Shown piece by piece: positions 47,443-61,394 of a DNA stretch of 64,000 nucleotides. Source of the DNA: Octopus vulgaris. Taxonomy: Eukaryota. The stretch spans positions 42,346,001 to 42,410,000 of the forward strand of contig OX597832.1 of the NCBI GenBank assembly GCA_951406725.2. Reading direction: 5' to 3'. The translations under genes and the position numbers were made by a program. Each line of letters opens with the position of its first letter. The stretch's first letter is position 1. The notes under the pieces are model-generated. The model had not been told where the DNA came from. It saw only the letters and a list, made by a program, of their open reading frames with translations, and ran no database searches.

Positions 47443-47938
47443 ACAAATACACACACACACATACACACACGCACACACACGCTCACGTGAAAGTACACAC
47501 AATTATGTCTATGGAGACATGATGTCATAATAATATCACTCAAGGTCAAAAGACATTTCTTTTTTCTTATTTTCCTTTTTTGCACAAAGGGAAAACCAAA
47601 TAATAGGAAAAGAGAAGAGAAAAAGGATAAAACTGACAAAGGAAGCAAGTTCGGTAGATAGATAGATTAGTAAGGTCTGCACCTAATGAAGGGAGCTATG
47701 AAAAGCGTGTTTGGGGTCAGGTTGTCTTGATCTCCTAACAGGTAAAGCTAAAGCCTGCAGCAAGCAGCTACGAAATTTACTATATCTGCCTGTGTGAATA
47801 TATGTGCAACAATTTGCTGGAAACTATCATAGCAACTGCTGGCTGCAAGAATGTGCAACTAAGCGTGCAAACCGCTATGAGCAAGTACATGTATATGTAT
47901 ATGTGCTATACATACATATGTATGCATATGTGTGTATG

Positions 47939-48002
<64 letters not shown>

Positions 48003-48131
48003 ATATGTAATGTTTGTATGTAGATATATATAAAGATATTGTCGCTTTCGGGGCTGTATGCATGCTTATGACGTATATGTGTATGTATGTAAGCGAGTAT
48101 GAGTGTGCCTTTTGGCTAAGATCGAAGTGTA

Positions 48132-48186
<55 letters not shown>

Positions 48187-48334
48187 CATACATACATACA
48201 TACATACATACATACATACAAAAACAACCCAAATATTTTTTTCTACACTAGGATCAAGGCTAGAAATTTTGGGGGAGGGGATCAGTCAATTAGATCGATC
48301 CCAATGCGCAACTGGTACTTAATTTATCGACCCC

Positions 48335-48410
<76 letters not shown>

Positions 48411-48414
48411 CACA

Positions 48415-48535
48415 GGAAATATATGTAGATTAGGAGTGAAGAGTCACATTTTTGTGATTTACAAATAAAAATAATGTAATTAAAACAAACTTATTAATCT
48501 TTTAGACCCCTCTGTGACTTTTGGGCCACCCTATA
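48415..48535 (+). mobile_element. Tc1/mariner right terminus
   Basis: TIR-like gtgacttttgggccaccctata (cf. CAGGGTGGCCCAAAA-type TIRs). Confidence 0.5.
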
Positions 48536-48811
48536 GAACCGAGCTTCACTCTACTGCACAGTGTCCAAGAATGGATTGGAACTTGGTAATGAAATAGTTT
48601 CGAGCTTGAGGTCAAAAGGCTCTAAATATCTGATACCCATTAAAAGGCTCTGCATGAATTACAAATTAATACTTTCAAACTAGACTTAAACATTTCCGTT
48701 GTGTAAGATTTCAGCAAGGTAATGAAATGTGGAACAGAAACATTAAACGACCTCATTCACAAAATACTTAGTATATCAAAAGTATTGCCCAAGCGTCGCC
48801 ACACTAGGACA

Positions 48812-49018
48812 TGAACAAGTTGAAGAAGAAACTTTAAAATATTGTTTAAAGAATTCGGCCTAAATATTACTACCGTTACCACTATTTTAACCAAAGTTGA
48901 CTTCCTGGATGTCATCCTAAGCTTTAACACAGGCAAGTACTATCCGTACGGAAAGCCGAATGAGGAGACTGTTTACATGCACAAGGGCTTCAACCACCCT
49001 CAGCTGGAATTACAAACC
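48812..49018 (+). pseudogene. Penelope-like element RT fragment (Naiad-like by recall)
   Basis: From 48842: LFKEFGLNITTVTTILTKVDFLDVILSFNTGKYYPYGKPNEETVYMHKGFNHP, showing the PLE RT FLD..YKP..Y.H..SNHP pattern. Confidence 0.75.
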
Positions 49019-50210
49019 TGATGTGTGTGTGTGTGGAAGAGACTGTGTTACGGGATATGTTTGTGTAAAAAATACATGGAAAATACATCCACAAGGACTT
49101 CAACCACCCTCAGCTGGAATTACAAACCTGGTGTGTGTGTGTGTGGAAGAGACTGTGTTACGGGATATGTTTGTGTAAAAAATACATGGAAAATACATCC
49201 ACAAGGACTTCAACCACCCTCAGCTGGAATTACAAACCTGGTGTGTGTGTGTGTGGAAGAGACTGTGTTACGGGATATGTTTGTGTAAAAGATACATGGA
49301 AAATACATCCACAAGGACTTCAACCACCCTCAGCTGGAATTACAAACCTGGTGTGTGTGTGTGTGGAAGAGACTGTGTTACGGGATGTGTTTGTGTAAAA
49401 AATACATGGAAAATACATCCACAAGGACTTCAACCACCCTCAGCTGGAATCACAACCTGGTGTGTGCGTGTGTGTGTGTGTGTGTGTGTGGAAGAGACTG
49501 TGTTACGGGATATGTTTGTGTAAAAAATACATGGAAAATACATCCACAAGGACTTCAACCACCCTCAGCTGGAATTACAAACCTGGTGTGTGTGTGTGTG
49601 GAAGAGACTGTGTTACGGGATATGTTTGTGTAAAAAATACATGGAAAATACATCCACAAGGACTTCAACCACCCTCAGCTGGAATTACAAACCTGGTGTG
49701 TGTGTGTGTGGAAGAGACTGTGTTACGGGATGTGTTTGTGTAAAAAATACATGGAAAATACATCCACAAGGACTTCAACCACCTCAGCTGGAATTACAAA
49801 CCTGGTGTGTGTGTGTGTGGAAGAGACTGTGTTACGGGATGTGTTTGTGTAAAAAATACATGGAAAATACATCCACAAGGACTTCAACCACCCTCAGCTG
49901 GAATTACAAACCTGGTGTGTGTGTGTGTGGAAGAGACTGTGTTACGGGATGTGTTTGTGTAAAAAATACATGGAAAATACATCCACAAGGACTTCAACCA
50001 CCCTCAGCTGGAATCACAACCTGGTGTGTGCGTGTGTGTGTGTGTGTGTGTGTGCGGAAGAGACTGTGTTACGGGATATGTTTGTGTAAAAAATACATGG
50101 AAAATACATCCACAAGGATTTCAACCACCCTCAGCTGGAATTACAAACCTGGTGTGTGTGTGGAAGAGACTGTGTTACGGGATATGTTTGTGTAAAAAAT
50201 ACATGGAAAA
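48974..50210. repeat. ~110-bp minisatellite, 11 near-identical units each containing (GT)n
   Basis: ggaagagactgtgttacggg counted 11 times at a ~110-bp period. Confidence 0.97.
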
Positions 50211-51447
50211 GGTTGGTGTGTTTACTATAAAATATGCTAGTGGAAATTGTGTGCCATTATTATAAAACATGCATGGGAAAGATTATAAGTTAGTGTAAAA
50301 TAGTGGATGAGGCTGGGAGACTTTGGTCTGTTAGTGTAGAATATACATTAGTAAGGCTGTGGCGGATTAGAGTAGAATATAGATGTGTGGAAGTTGGGAG
50401 ATGATAGTGTAAGATATACATGGAAATTATGAATCATTGTGTATCAGTTTGGAATAAATGGCATTAATTTGTGTGTCGGTGCGCGTGCAATGTGCGGTTA
50501 GCTTAGTGCATTTGTACCTATTTTTGTGTGATTTTAGTTGTGTGTTTAGTTGAATGAGTGGGTGTATTAGTGGGTTGTGCGTTTAAATGTATGTGTATGT
50601 ATGTTTGTGCGTGTGTGTGTGTGCGTGTGTGTGTATAGTTGTGTTTGCATGTGAGTGTTTGGTTGTGTTTGTGTGTGTATAGTTGTGTTTGTATGTGAGT
50701 GTTTGGTTGTGTGTGTGTGTGTTTGTCTGGCTATGTATGTGTGTGTGTGTTTAGTTGTGTTTGTGTGCGAGTGTTTGGTTGTGTTTGTATGCGTTTGGTT
50801 GTGTACGTGTGTGTGTGTTTGCGTGTGTGTGTGTGTTTGCGTGTATCTCTGCATTTTGATGTTTTGATGACTATGTGCGTGTGTTAAGTTGTATATGTGC
50901 ATATGAGTGTGTGTGTGTGTATGTGTGTGTGTCGAGTTGTGCTTGCTTGTGTGCGAATGTGTACGTGCTTGTGTGTTAATGTGTGTGTGTGTTAATGTTT
51001 GTGTGTGTGTGTGTGTGTGCAGTCTAATTTAATTTCTGCTTAACTTACCTAACAAATAAACACTGGCAGATCAGGAGGAGACTTTGCCCCGAGGTATGTC
51101 TGTCTGAGTGGCTGACTGCCTGTTTACACATTATGTACACAGACAGACAGACAGACAGACCACCAACCGGCAGTGTGTTAGAAATAGATGTGACGTGGAG
51201 TGGTAGACATTGGCTGAATCATCTACGAAGCGAAATTATTTGTCATCGTCGTTGTTGCTGCTACAATTTAACCCCAGGCTAGACCTGGTTAACAGAGCTA
51301 TGATCAAATATTCTCCAGTCACATCTTTTTCTTCAGTGATATATATATATATACATACATACATACATACATGCATGCATACATACATACATACATACAT
51401 ACATACATACATACATACATACATACATACACACATATACACATACA

Positions 51448-51483
<36 letters not shown>

Positions 51484-51510
51484 TGTATGTATGTATATAT
51501 ATATACATAC

Positions 51511-51576
<66 letters not shown>

Positions 51577-51579
<3 letters not shown>

Positions 51580-51768
51580 AGAGTTTACGAAAAAAACAAA
51601 AAAAAACGAAGACAGGTGGTGTACAAAGCAAACACATGTATTAGTATAACCCTCAGGAATAGAAAAATGTCTTTTACGTTTCGAGCCTACGCTCTTCTAC
51701 AGAAAGGGACACAGAAAAAACAAGGAGAGAAAAAAATGTGTGTAGTGGCTAACGATCTATCATGGCGA
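51577..51768 (-). mobile_element. ~190-bp element with minimal hammerhead (51671-51706), CUGUAGA core
   Basis: cttt CTGTAGA a gagc gtag gctc GAAAC GTA aaag. Abuts (TA)n. Same family as the 62993 and 63471 copies. Confidence 0.75.
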
Positions 51769-52124
51769 CTGATCACGAGCAGAAGTAGTGGGGGAGCATC
51801 ATAGCCATGTGTTGAGAAGGATTCTTTGGGGTTTGAATAATTCACCTCTGGAAACCTGGATGTTTCGTTCAACATCCTTAAACAACCCTTATTCAGGGAC
51901 CATTTGAGCGGGATGGGTTACTCGGTCAGAAGAAAATTCTAACTAGGCCCCACCTGCAAGGTCATGCGCTGTTTATCTTGATATGAGATCACCATGTCGC
52001 GCACATATGGTTGTGATGCATGTGCCTGGTGTACCCTTATCAAACGGGTAGTCACGATGAGTATACTGGGCTTCGTATATTTTACCCCAGTGTCACTTTG
52101 ATGGCATGCACTACTCTCTCACTC
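51769..52124 (+). mobile_element. Unclassified retroposon-like fragment ending in (AAT)n
   Basis: GC-richer block with a terminal hairpin running into an AAT tail. Family not established. Confidence 0.4.
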
Positions 52125-52177
<53 letters not shown>

Positions 52178-52178
<1 letters not shown>

Positions 52179-52362
52179 CCTTTCTACTGGAGGCACAAAG
52201 CTTCAAATTTGTGGGGTCGGAAGTAGTCGATTATACCTGAATTAGTACTTAATTTATCGACCCCGAAAGGTTGAAAGGCAAATCAGAACATAAGCGACGG
52301 GCGAAATATCGCTAAGCATTACCTCCAGTGTACTAAGGATTCTTTCCTGTCAGCTCGCCACT
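52178..52362 (-). mobile_element. SINE family B, degenerate
   Basis: Family B match. Confidence 0.7.
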
Positions 52363-52367
52363 TTGAC

Positions 52368-52426
<59 letters not shown>

Positions 52427-52910
52427 GATAATAACAACATAAAATTAATAATAATGATTTCTTTGAGCGTATATCTGAAGCTCCTGAGGCACTTATTTTA
52501 AAGACCAGCTCCATCTGTTCCCGGTTATCTAATTCCTTATATCAACCTATTTTGCTTAAGTCCATCACCTCCTACACAAGCGTGTGTGTGTGTGTATCAA
52601 TGTGCACGATTTTGTTTTTGTAAATGTGTCTGTATATATATATGTATATGCATTCCTTTCACGTATATCTATTTATTATAAACTAATTTGATAGTTCCAC
52701 AACGATGGTGTACATTATTTACTCTCTCCTCCCCTCTTCTACCACCACCACCACCACCACCACCACCACAAACCCTGCCATCAACAGCCTCGCATTTGAA
52801 GAGAATGGACAATAAAGCGAATATTTTCACTGACCGATCTTTGAACCTAGACATTAGAAAATTTTATTAAGAGGTTGTGAGACTGGCTTTTTATTGTGCA
52901 GTGCATTGTC

Positions 52911-52952
<42 letters not shown>

Positions 52953-52955
<3 letters not shown>

Positions 52956-53314
52956 GACCTGCTAATAGAAATTGAAAAAATGTGGCATCTCAAGGCGACT
53001 ACAGTACAAGTGATTGTAGGATCTCTAGGAATGATAAAAAAAAGGTACTGAAACCTATTTGAAAATGATTCCAGGCTTACCATCTCTACAGGAAGTGCAA
53101 AAAATCGTATTAACTGGAACGGCTCATGTACTGAGAAGAGCACTATCGTTGTGAAAATAACATCCATCCATGAATTTATTTATTTGTTAATTTTTAAATA
53201 CATATTTTATCTGTGAATTTGCATGTGTAATCTGGGAATGCTCTTCTCTGCCCTAGGTGTATGGAAAACACTCGGCGAGAAACGGAAGAAAATTTGAAGA
53301 AAGAAGGAAAGAAC
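52953..53314 (+). mobile_element. 3' end of R4/Dong-type retrotransposon in (AAT)n
   Basis: KDLLIEIEKMWHLKATTVQVIVGSLGMIKK / GTETYLKMIPGLPSLQEVQKIVLTGTAHVLRRALSL*. AAT arrays on both sides. Confidence 0.8.
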
Positions 53315-53369
<55 letters not shown>

Positions 53370-53371
53370 TA

Positions 53372-53591
53372 ATCCTGTCTACTGGAAGCACAAGGCCTCA
53401 AATTTGAGGGAAGGTATCAAGTCGATTACATCGACTCCAGTGCATGACTGGTACTTATTTGATCGACCCCCAAGAGGACGGAAGGCAAAGTCGACCTCGG
53501 CGGAATTTGAACTCAGAACGTAGCGACTGGCGAAATACCGCTAAGCATTTTTTTGACCAGCGTGCTAAACGATTCTGCCAGCTCGCTGCCT
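53372..53591 (-). mobile_element. SINE family B
   Basis: Family B match. Confidence 0.85.
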
Positions 53592-54319
53592 CAACAACAA
53601 CAACAACAACAACAACAAGCAGCAGCAGCAGCAGCAACAACAACAACAACATCTTTTCATATTTTGAGGGACAAGGATAGTTCAAATATTAGCCTCATTG
53701 TTATGTACGTATATATATATATATATGTATTTAAAAAATATATGTATGAATGTATGTATAAATATGTATACATAAATACATATATATTTATACATACGTA
53801 CATCCAAAGAGACATGTAATTGAGGAAAACACTTCAATGTCATCGTTTTGCATACCAAATATACTAAAACACAAATACAATAAGGTCTTACATACGTAAT
53901 AGTTAGAGAGGTCATTAACTAAGATTATCCATGCAATTAATTGATAAAACTCATTCCGTAGGTGTTTAAAGTATAAAATCCAATAACTAAGAAAATAACT
54001 TGGATAAGTTTAATAGCTCGAAATTTTCGGAAAAGATAGCCAATGCAAAACTCAGTCTTGCCACCGGAATAGAATCCGGGATCGGGAATTATCCAGCAAA
54101 TTTTTTTGCTAGTTTATTTTGTCTCTTTGTCTTCTCTCCTGGTGCTTTATGAACATTTAATGTGGTTTTAGAGTCAATTTTGACTGCTATATCCAGCGTG
54201 GTGGTATCTCTTAGATACCCTAAATTATAATTTTAAATGATTATTACCGTTGAAAGGTTTTTATTCCCATGCTGGCCATCTCGGTACTTTAAATATCGAT
54301 CTTATCCTTATTCATATAA

Positions 54320-54409
<90 letters not shown>

Positions 54410-54411
<2 letters not shown>

Positions 54412-54822
54412 TTAGGGAGTATGGCTCCAAACTTACAGGGAAAAATTAGATTTAGGATTAAATCAAATTTCACAGTATAAATATATAAAATATGAATTAG
54501 AGATAAAACCACTATTATGCAATTCAAACAGTGATAGATATAAACCAATAGATAAATAACAAATAATATAAATATAATTAATATAATATATAATATATAT
54601 ATATAACTTTTCCCCCCAAAAGTATAAAAGTAATGATAAATATAATATAATAAATAAAAATACTTATTATATTATATTTATAACTACTTTTATACTTTTG
54701 GGAAAAAAAAATTATATATATATATCATATATTATATTAATTATATACATTATTTGTTATTTATGTATTGGTTTATGTCTATCACTGTTTGAGTTGCATA
54801 ATAGTGGTTTTATCTCTAATTC

Positions 54823-54830
<8 letters not shown>
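54410..54830. mobile_element. Fold-back element: unique tail plus ~166-bp AT-rich arms (54488-54828)
   Basis: aattagagataaaaccactattatgcaattcaaacagtgataga / tctatcactgtttgagttgcataatagtggttttatctctaatt. 10-nt loop at 54654-54663. Confidence 0.85.
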
Positions 54831-54878
<48 letters not shown>

Positions 54879-55082
54879 AACGCTAATAACACCATATTGT
54901 GAGATGTATTCTCTCCGCTAGTCAGCCTTACATGTGAATTTTCCATGGCCAGGGACATGAAAATCTGCGTAACAGATTACTGTTACTATGTCAGATATTC
55001 TTTGATATATTTATTTTGTATATCAACGTTAGAAGATTTGGAAACACGCAAACAGTCACGCAAACACCGTGCGCCTCTGTAT

Positions 55083-55157
<75 letters not shown>

Positions 55158-55449
55158 TGTCCGTCCGTCCAGAACTGGGTTAATATTCCCATTTTCCTTA
55201 CGCGCGGGAGATGGAATGTGGACGGGAGAAAAATGTTTCTGTGTTACGATAAATTGCTAGAATGTTTAGTATTCAGACCGGAACTTGTAAATGAGTAAAA
55301 GAGGAAAAGAATGATGTACCTCATAAATGATATCTCTGTCTTCCTTGTTCCAACCAATGAATCCTTTATACGCACACATACACGCACGCACGCACGCACG
55401 CACGCACACGCACGCACGCACACACACATACACACATGTATATATATGT

Positions 55450-55548
<99 letters not shown>

Positions 55549-55722
55549 CATATGTAAGTATGTATGTATGTATATATATCTATATCTGTATCTATATCTA
55601 TCTATTTAGCTATCTATCTATGTATATACTGATTTATGCATATATGAATGTGGCTGCAGTCTAATGAGTGAAACAAGTAAAAGATAAAAAGATTATATAT
55701 ATATATATATGTATATATATAT

Positions 55723-56120
55723 AAATCAGTAAATAGTGGGGTTGTGTGTTAACCGCACGTGGAGAAATGATAGGAAAGGAAAAAAATTACAAGGCAGAAT
55801 GCTAAATTGAAAGTAATTTTTATAAAAATGGGTGTATGAAAAATTAAAAAAGAAAAAATAATAAATCAAACCGGTTTTCATTGCAAGGCATCTGCCTTAT
55901 AATTTTTCCTTTCCTATCTATATATCCCATAGGATATATATATATATTCCATAGGCTGGGATTTCGTTATTTTCTGCCTTTTTTGCCATATACAGCTTAC
56001 AAATTCTGTTTGTTTGTGGAGACTTTTATTAGTAGAGGAAATTGTGATCAATTTTGGCTGCTATTTCGAATATTTTCGGTATGTGGTTTTGAGCAACTTG
56101 TTGCATTTAACCCTTAATTA
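55723..56120. mobile_element. TA-flanked insert with inverted repeat (55769-55802 / 55888-55918)
   Basis: gataggaaaggaaaaaaattacaaggcaga / tctgccttataatttttcctttcctatc. Minus-strand GAAAACCGGTTT half-motif in the spacer. Confidence 0.55.
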
Positions 56121-56156
56121 TAATTATATATATATATATGTATGTATGTATGTATG

Positions 56157-56333
56157 TTAAGTTAAGTTAAAAGCAAAAAGCAAGGCCATGTAGGGGAACA
56201 TGGAGTTATGTACAAGGAGGGTGTTCATGCAAAGAGTTCAGGCCATTTCTGGTCAAGAGAGACTTTGAACCGAGCGGTCGTCGGCATCTTCACTATCTCG
56301 TCCGGCAGCTTATTCCACGGATCCGCAACCCGG
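56157..56333 (-). mobile_element. CR1-group LINE 3' end
   Basis: Homologous to 45709-45905. (TTAAC)n tail. Confidence 0.75.
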
Positions 56334-56546
56334 ATGTATGTATGTATGTATGTGGGCGCAGGAATAGCTGTGTGGTAAGAAGCCACATGGTTCCGGCTTA
56401 ATTTCTTCTACTATAGCCACGGGCTGACCAAAGCCTTGTTGGTGGATTTGGTAGGTGGAAACTGAAAGAAGCCAGTCGTTTATATATTTACGATTAAGCT
56501 CGCTCTCAAAAAGCGTTTTTTTTTAAAGCGTTTGCAGTTATGAAAG

Positions 56547-56656
56547 TTTTCAATTGCTATTTTTCGTGAAATATTTTCAATTGCTATTTTTCGTGAAATA
56601 TTTTCAATTGCTGTTTTTCGTGAAATATTTTCAATTGGTATTTTTCGTGAAATATT
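56547..56656. repeat. 27-bp tandem repeat x4
   Basis: Unit ttttcaattgctatttttcgtgaaata. Confidence 0.92.
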
Positions 56657-56969
56657 CAAGAAATGTCAATTTGATGAAAGCTCATTATATTTTATAAACA
56701 GGATTTTATTATTCTTGAAAAACCTGGTATTATTAATGAAGTGGAAACAGCTGCAATCTATCAGATTTATCCTTTGTTTCTATAAAGTAATTGAAGTGAA
56801 TTTATCATTTAATGATTAAATTACTTAATTGTTCAACTTTTTGTTTTGGTTTCCATTTCTTACACACACACATTGCGCGGCACCTTGGGCAAGTGTCTTC
56901 TACTATAGCCTCGGGCCGACCAAAGCTTTGTGAGTGGATTTGGTAGACAGAAAATGAAAGAACCCCGTC

Positions 56970-57012
<43 letters not shown>

Positions 57013-57090
57013 TATTAGAGACAAAACCACTATTTTGCATTTTGGATTTATTCCCTAATATTTATTATTATATATATATATATATATATA

Positions 57091-57262
57091 GTTAATCCAA
57101 ACAAGAAAACACAGAAAAAAACACAGCAACGATAGGACGTGGAACAATTAAAGTATTATTTGACGCTCAGGAAAGAAGGGAAGGAGGGTTTAACGTTTCG
57201 AGCGGAGCTCTTCGTCGGAAACAAGGAGAAGGAAACATCCCGAGAAGGGAAGACAGAGGAAA
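57091..57262 (-). mobile_element. Element with minimal hammerhead (57188-57222), CCGACGA core
   Basis: Motif identical to 15665-15699. Abuts (TA)n. Confidence 0.75.
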
Positions 57263-57363
57263 AAAAAAAAAATATATTTATAGTTATCGCCATACTAACA
57301 CATATTAATTTCCAGTAACGCTGCCGTAATCTCTTTTGAGAGACTTAATAATTTTAATATTTC

Positions 57364-57411
<48 letters not shown>

Positions 57412-57438
57412 GTATGTATATATATATATATATAAATG

Positions 57439-57473
<35 letters not shown>

Positions 57474-57486
57474 GTATATGTATATA

Positions 57487-57551
<65 letters not shown>

Positions 57552-57949
57552 GTATGTATGTATATGTTTGTGTGTCTGTGTTTGTCCCCCCACCATCGCT
57601 TGACAACCGATGTCGGTGTGTTTACGTTCCCGTAACTTAGTCACCAGTCGTCCCGGCTGGTTGATTCTCTTAAAGTGTCATTATGTAATTGTAAGATCCA
57701 AGTGACTGAGTGAAGGCAGTCAGTAAGCTTCGAGTCGTCCATACATGTGTGTATGTATGTGTGAGAGAGAGAAAGAGAGAGAGGGAAAGAGAGAGAGTAA
57801 AGGAAAAAGATAGAGATAAAGATAGAGAGAGAGAGAGAGAGAGAGATGACATGAAGACAGTGAAAATGTAATAACAGATAAAGACATATAATGTATATAT
57901 AATAATTGTTTCTGACAGGATCTGAAAGTTCGGGTGTGTGTGCGCAGAT

Positions 57950-59045
57950 TAGTTGATTAAATTGACTAAGCCCCTTTCTCCAACTTTCACGTCCTGTTTC
58001 TTCCAGTACTTAATTAATATTTTATTTTGTCAACTGCGGAAAGATGAAAGGTAAAGATTGATCTAGGGTGAGATGTGAACTCAGTGCGTAAAGAGCCGTG
58101 TCTAAATGCCGTAATATGTTTTGTTCGACGCTCGAGCGATTATGCCAGTACACCGAATAATTGTTTGAAATTTAGGCTGAGGGTAACTTGTTTTGAGGGA
58201 AGGGTGGTACTCGGTTACATCGACTGCAGTACTTGACTGGTACTTTATTTTATCGACCCCGAAAAGATAAAAAGTAAAGTTGACCTCGGCGTAATTTGAA
58301 CTCAGAACTCAGAACGTGATTTGAACTCAGAACGTTCAAATGCCGCTAAGCTTTTGTTCCGACGCTTTAACGATTCTTCTAATCTACCATCTTTATCTTC
58401 CATCAAATTGTTTTCTTTCATTTTTTTCTTTGTAATTTCGGCACAAGGTCATTAATTTTGAGGGGAGGAGACAAGCTGATCTCTTCGTGCTTGACCTCCG
58501 TCCATCACCGCCTGGTAAACCGGTGTTGGTTAGTTACGTCCTCGTAACTTAGCGGTTTCGGTAAAACGAACTGATAGAAAAAGTTCTAGACTTAAAAATA
58601 GAAAAAAAAAAAGAAAAATAAAGTACTTGTGTCCGGTACTTTATTTTATCGAACCTGAAAAGATGAAAAGCAAGTTTGACCTAAGTGGTATTTGCACTCA
58701 AAACGTACGTAAAGATCCGGAAGAAATACCACCAACCGCTTGTCCGGCGCACAAGTAATTCCGCCGGTTCGCTGCCTTTATCTTCTTCCTAAAAAAGATA
58801 TGAACCCACGCATGATATACGTTCTTTCTTCTTTTTTTATTCTTTTATTTGTTTCAGTCATTTGACTGCGGCCATGCTGGAGCACCGCCTTTATAGTCGA
58901 GCAAATCGCCCCCGGAGCTTATTCTTTGTAAGCTTAGTACTTATTCTATCGGTCTTCCTTTGCCGAACCTCTAAGTTACGGGGACGTAAACGCACCAGCA
59001 TCGGTTGTGAAGTGATGTTGGGAGGACAAACACAGACACACAAAC
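57950..59045. mobile_element. Cluster of old SINE B copies (minus) and SINE A 3' halves
   Basis: Repeated gtactttattttatcgac...gaactcag blocks. SINE A tail on the minus strand at 58845-59045. Confidence 0.7.
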
Positions 59046-59092
59046 ATACATATACACACATACATATATATATATACATATACAACATATAC

Positions 59093-59171
<79 letters not shown>

Positions 59172-59174
<3 letters not shown>

Positions 59175-59402
59175 ACAATAAGGGTGAAAAAATTGAATAT
59201 TAATTAATAACATCAATTCAAACACCAAGTGGCCTAGCGTATAAAAGACTGGGATACAGAAAAAATTATTAATACAAAAGAATAAGAGAGAGTTCACCAT
59301 GTGGTCACTCTAACGCTAGATATAGATCCGCAAAGGGAATCCCTTTGCGGATCTATATCTAGCGTTAGAGTGACCACATGGTGAACTCTCTCTATTCTTT
59401 TG

Positions 59403-59405
<3 letters not shown>
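59172..59405 (-). mobile_element. Fold-back element in (TA)n: unique tail plus ~66-bp arms, 1-nt loop at 59339
   Basis: About 54 bp of perfect palindrome arm. Tail homologous to 27500-27575. Confidence 0.88.
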
Positions 59406-59490
<85 letters not shown>

Positions 59491-59500
59491 ATATATATAC

Positions 59501-59546
<46 letters not shown>

Positions 59547-59574
59547 ATATATATACATATGTATATATATATAC

Positions 59575-59617
<43 letters not shown>

Positions 59618-59670
59618 GTATATATATATACATATGTATATATATATATATATGTATATATATATACATG

Positions 59671-59744
<74 letters not shown>

Positions 59745-60689
59745 CACATATATATATACATATGAAAGGAGTTAAGGAAATTTTCTGTGAACTCAACAGT
59801 TTTCCTTCGAGATAACCCCTGCAATATACTTTTAAGTAAACTCGTTATATTCTCTCAAAGAAAGACCCTCCAATCAATGCAAATGTTTTACCTGCATCTA
59901 ATCTCTTCGCCCTCAAATTTAATCCTACTTCCCCCACAACAAAATACCTTTCTCTTAACTAACACTTTACCCCTGTTAACCACTTTCCTCGAAACTAAAA
60001 CTAGTTCCCTCAAACCGAAAAAAACCCCAGAAAACAAACCCCAAAGAAAAACCCCAACAAAAAAAAGAAGAAAAAACCCGAACAAAAACAAAACTAACCC
60101 TTTTATCCGATAAAAGCCAGCCCTTTCACTCAGTATTATCCTTTTCTCCATCTAACCCCATTTCTTTCGTTAAAAAGGTCCTCTTTCTTACAAAAACAAA
60201 TTACACTGAATAAATACAACTATAAAGCTCCCTTTGTGTATCATAAAAATAATGGATTCATTGAGGAAAGCAAAAAAAGTCATTTTTTTGGGGTTTTTTT
60301 TTTTTTTGAGAAAGACCCAAAACCGACGGGTTTTGCTTTTTCTTTACTCCATCACCTGTTTCGCGTAGCACTCGATAGGTGGCTGCTGTGCATGTTATTG
60401 ATGCTAATGATGATGATGATGATGATGATGTCGATTGTGTTGTTATTAGGTCATGTGATCGACGTTGTTGTTGCTGTTGTTGTTGTTGTCAATTGTTGTT
60501 CGTATTGTTGTTTGTTGTTGCTTGAAGCATTCGTTGTTGTTGTTGCTGGATGTTGTTGTTGCTAATGTCGTTTGTTTGTTTTTTTGTCATTGGTGTTGTT
60601 GTTGTTTATGTTGTTGATGCTATCGTTATCATCTTCGTTGTTGATGTCATTGTTGCTGCGGTTTCTATCATCATCATCATCATCATCAC

Positions 60690-60804
60690 CCTTCTTCTTC
60701 TTCTTCTTCTTCTTCTTCTTCTTCTTCTTCTTCTTCTTCTTCTTCTTCTTCTTCTTCTTCTTCTACTACTTCTTCTTTTTCTTTTTCTTTTTCTTCTTTT
60801 TCTT

Positions 60805-60867
<63 letters not shown>

Positions 60868-60924
60868 CTTCTTCTTCTACTACTACTACTACTACTACTA
60901 CTTCTTCTTCTTCTTCTTCTTCTT

Positions 60925-60983
<59 letters not shown>

Positions 60984-61003
60984 TCTTCTTCTTCTTCTTC
61001 TTC
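60690..61003. repeat. (CTT)/(CTA) microsatellite
   Basis: Direct reading. Confidence 0.95.
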
Positions 61004-61394
61004 TCCCCCTCCTCCTTCTTTGTTATTAGTATTATTGCCGCCGCCGCCGCCGCCGTCGTCGTCGTCGCTGATGATGTTTTGTATTGTTGTTGTTGATGTT
61101 ATTGCCATCGTAGTTTCTCTTTAGCATTGTTTTTTTTTTATTAGTTGTTTGTCATTGCTGTTGCTGTCTGTATTGTTGTTATTTGTCATTGCTGTTGTTA
61201 TTGATGTTGTTGTTGTTGTCATCATAATTTTTTATCGCACGTAGTCAGAGCCGGGAGTGGTTCGGACACATTACATAAAACGACGAGGAAGTCGGTGGTG
61301 TCTTAACGAGCGACTTCATGCTTGTCAGTCGACTGGAATTTCCTCGATGGGTTCTGTGATGTCCGTAGGTGTAAATGGTATGCAGCGGCAGAAC

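Noticed and set aside
48974-50210. CRISPR-like array or Cys-rich repeat protein
   Set aside because: Units are fully repeated with no unique spacers, the period is not a multiple of 3, and the context is eukaryotic.
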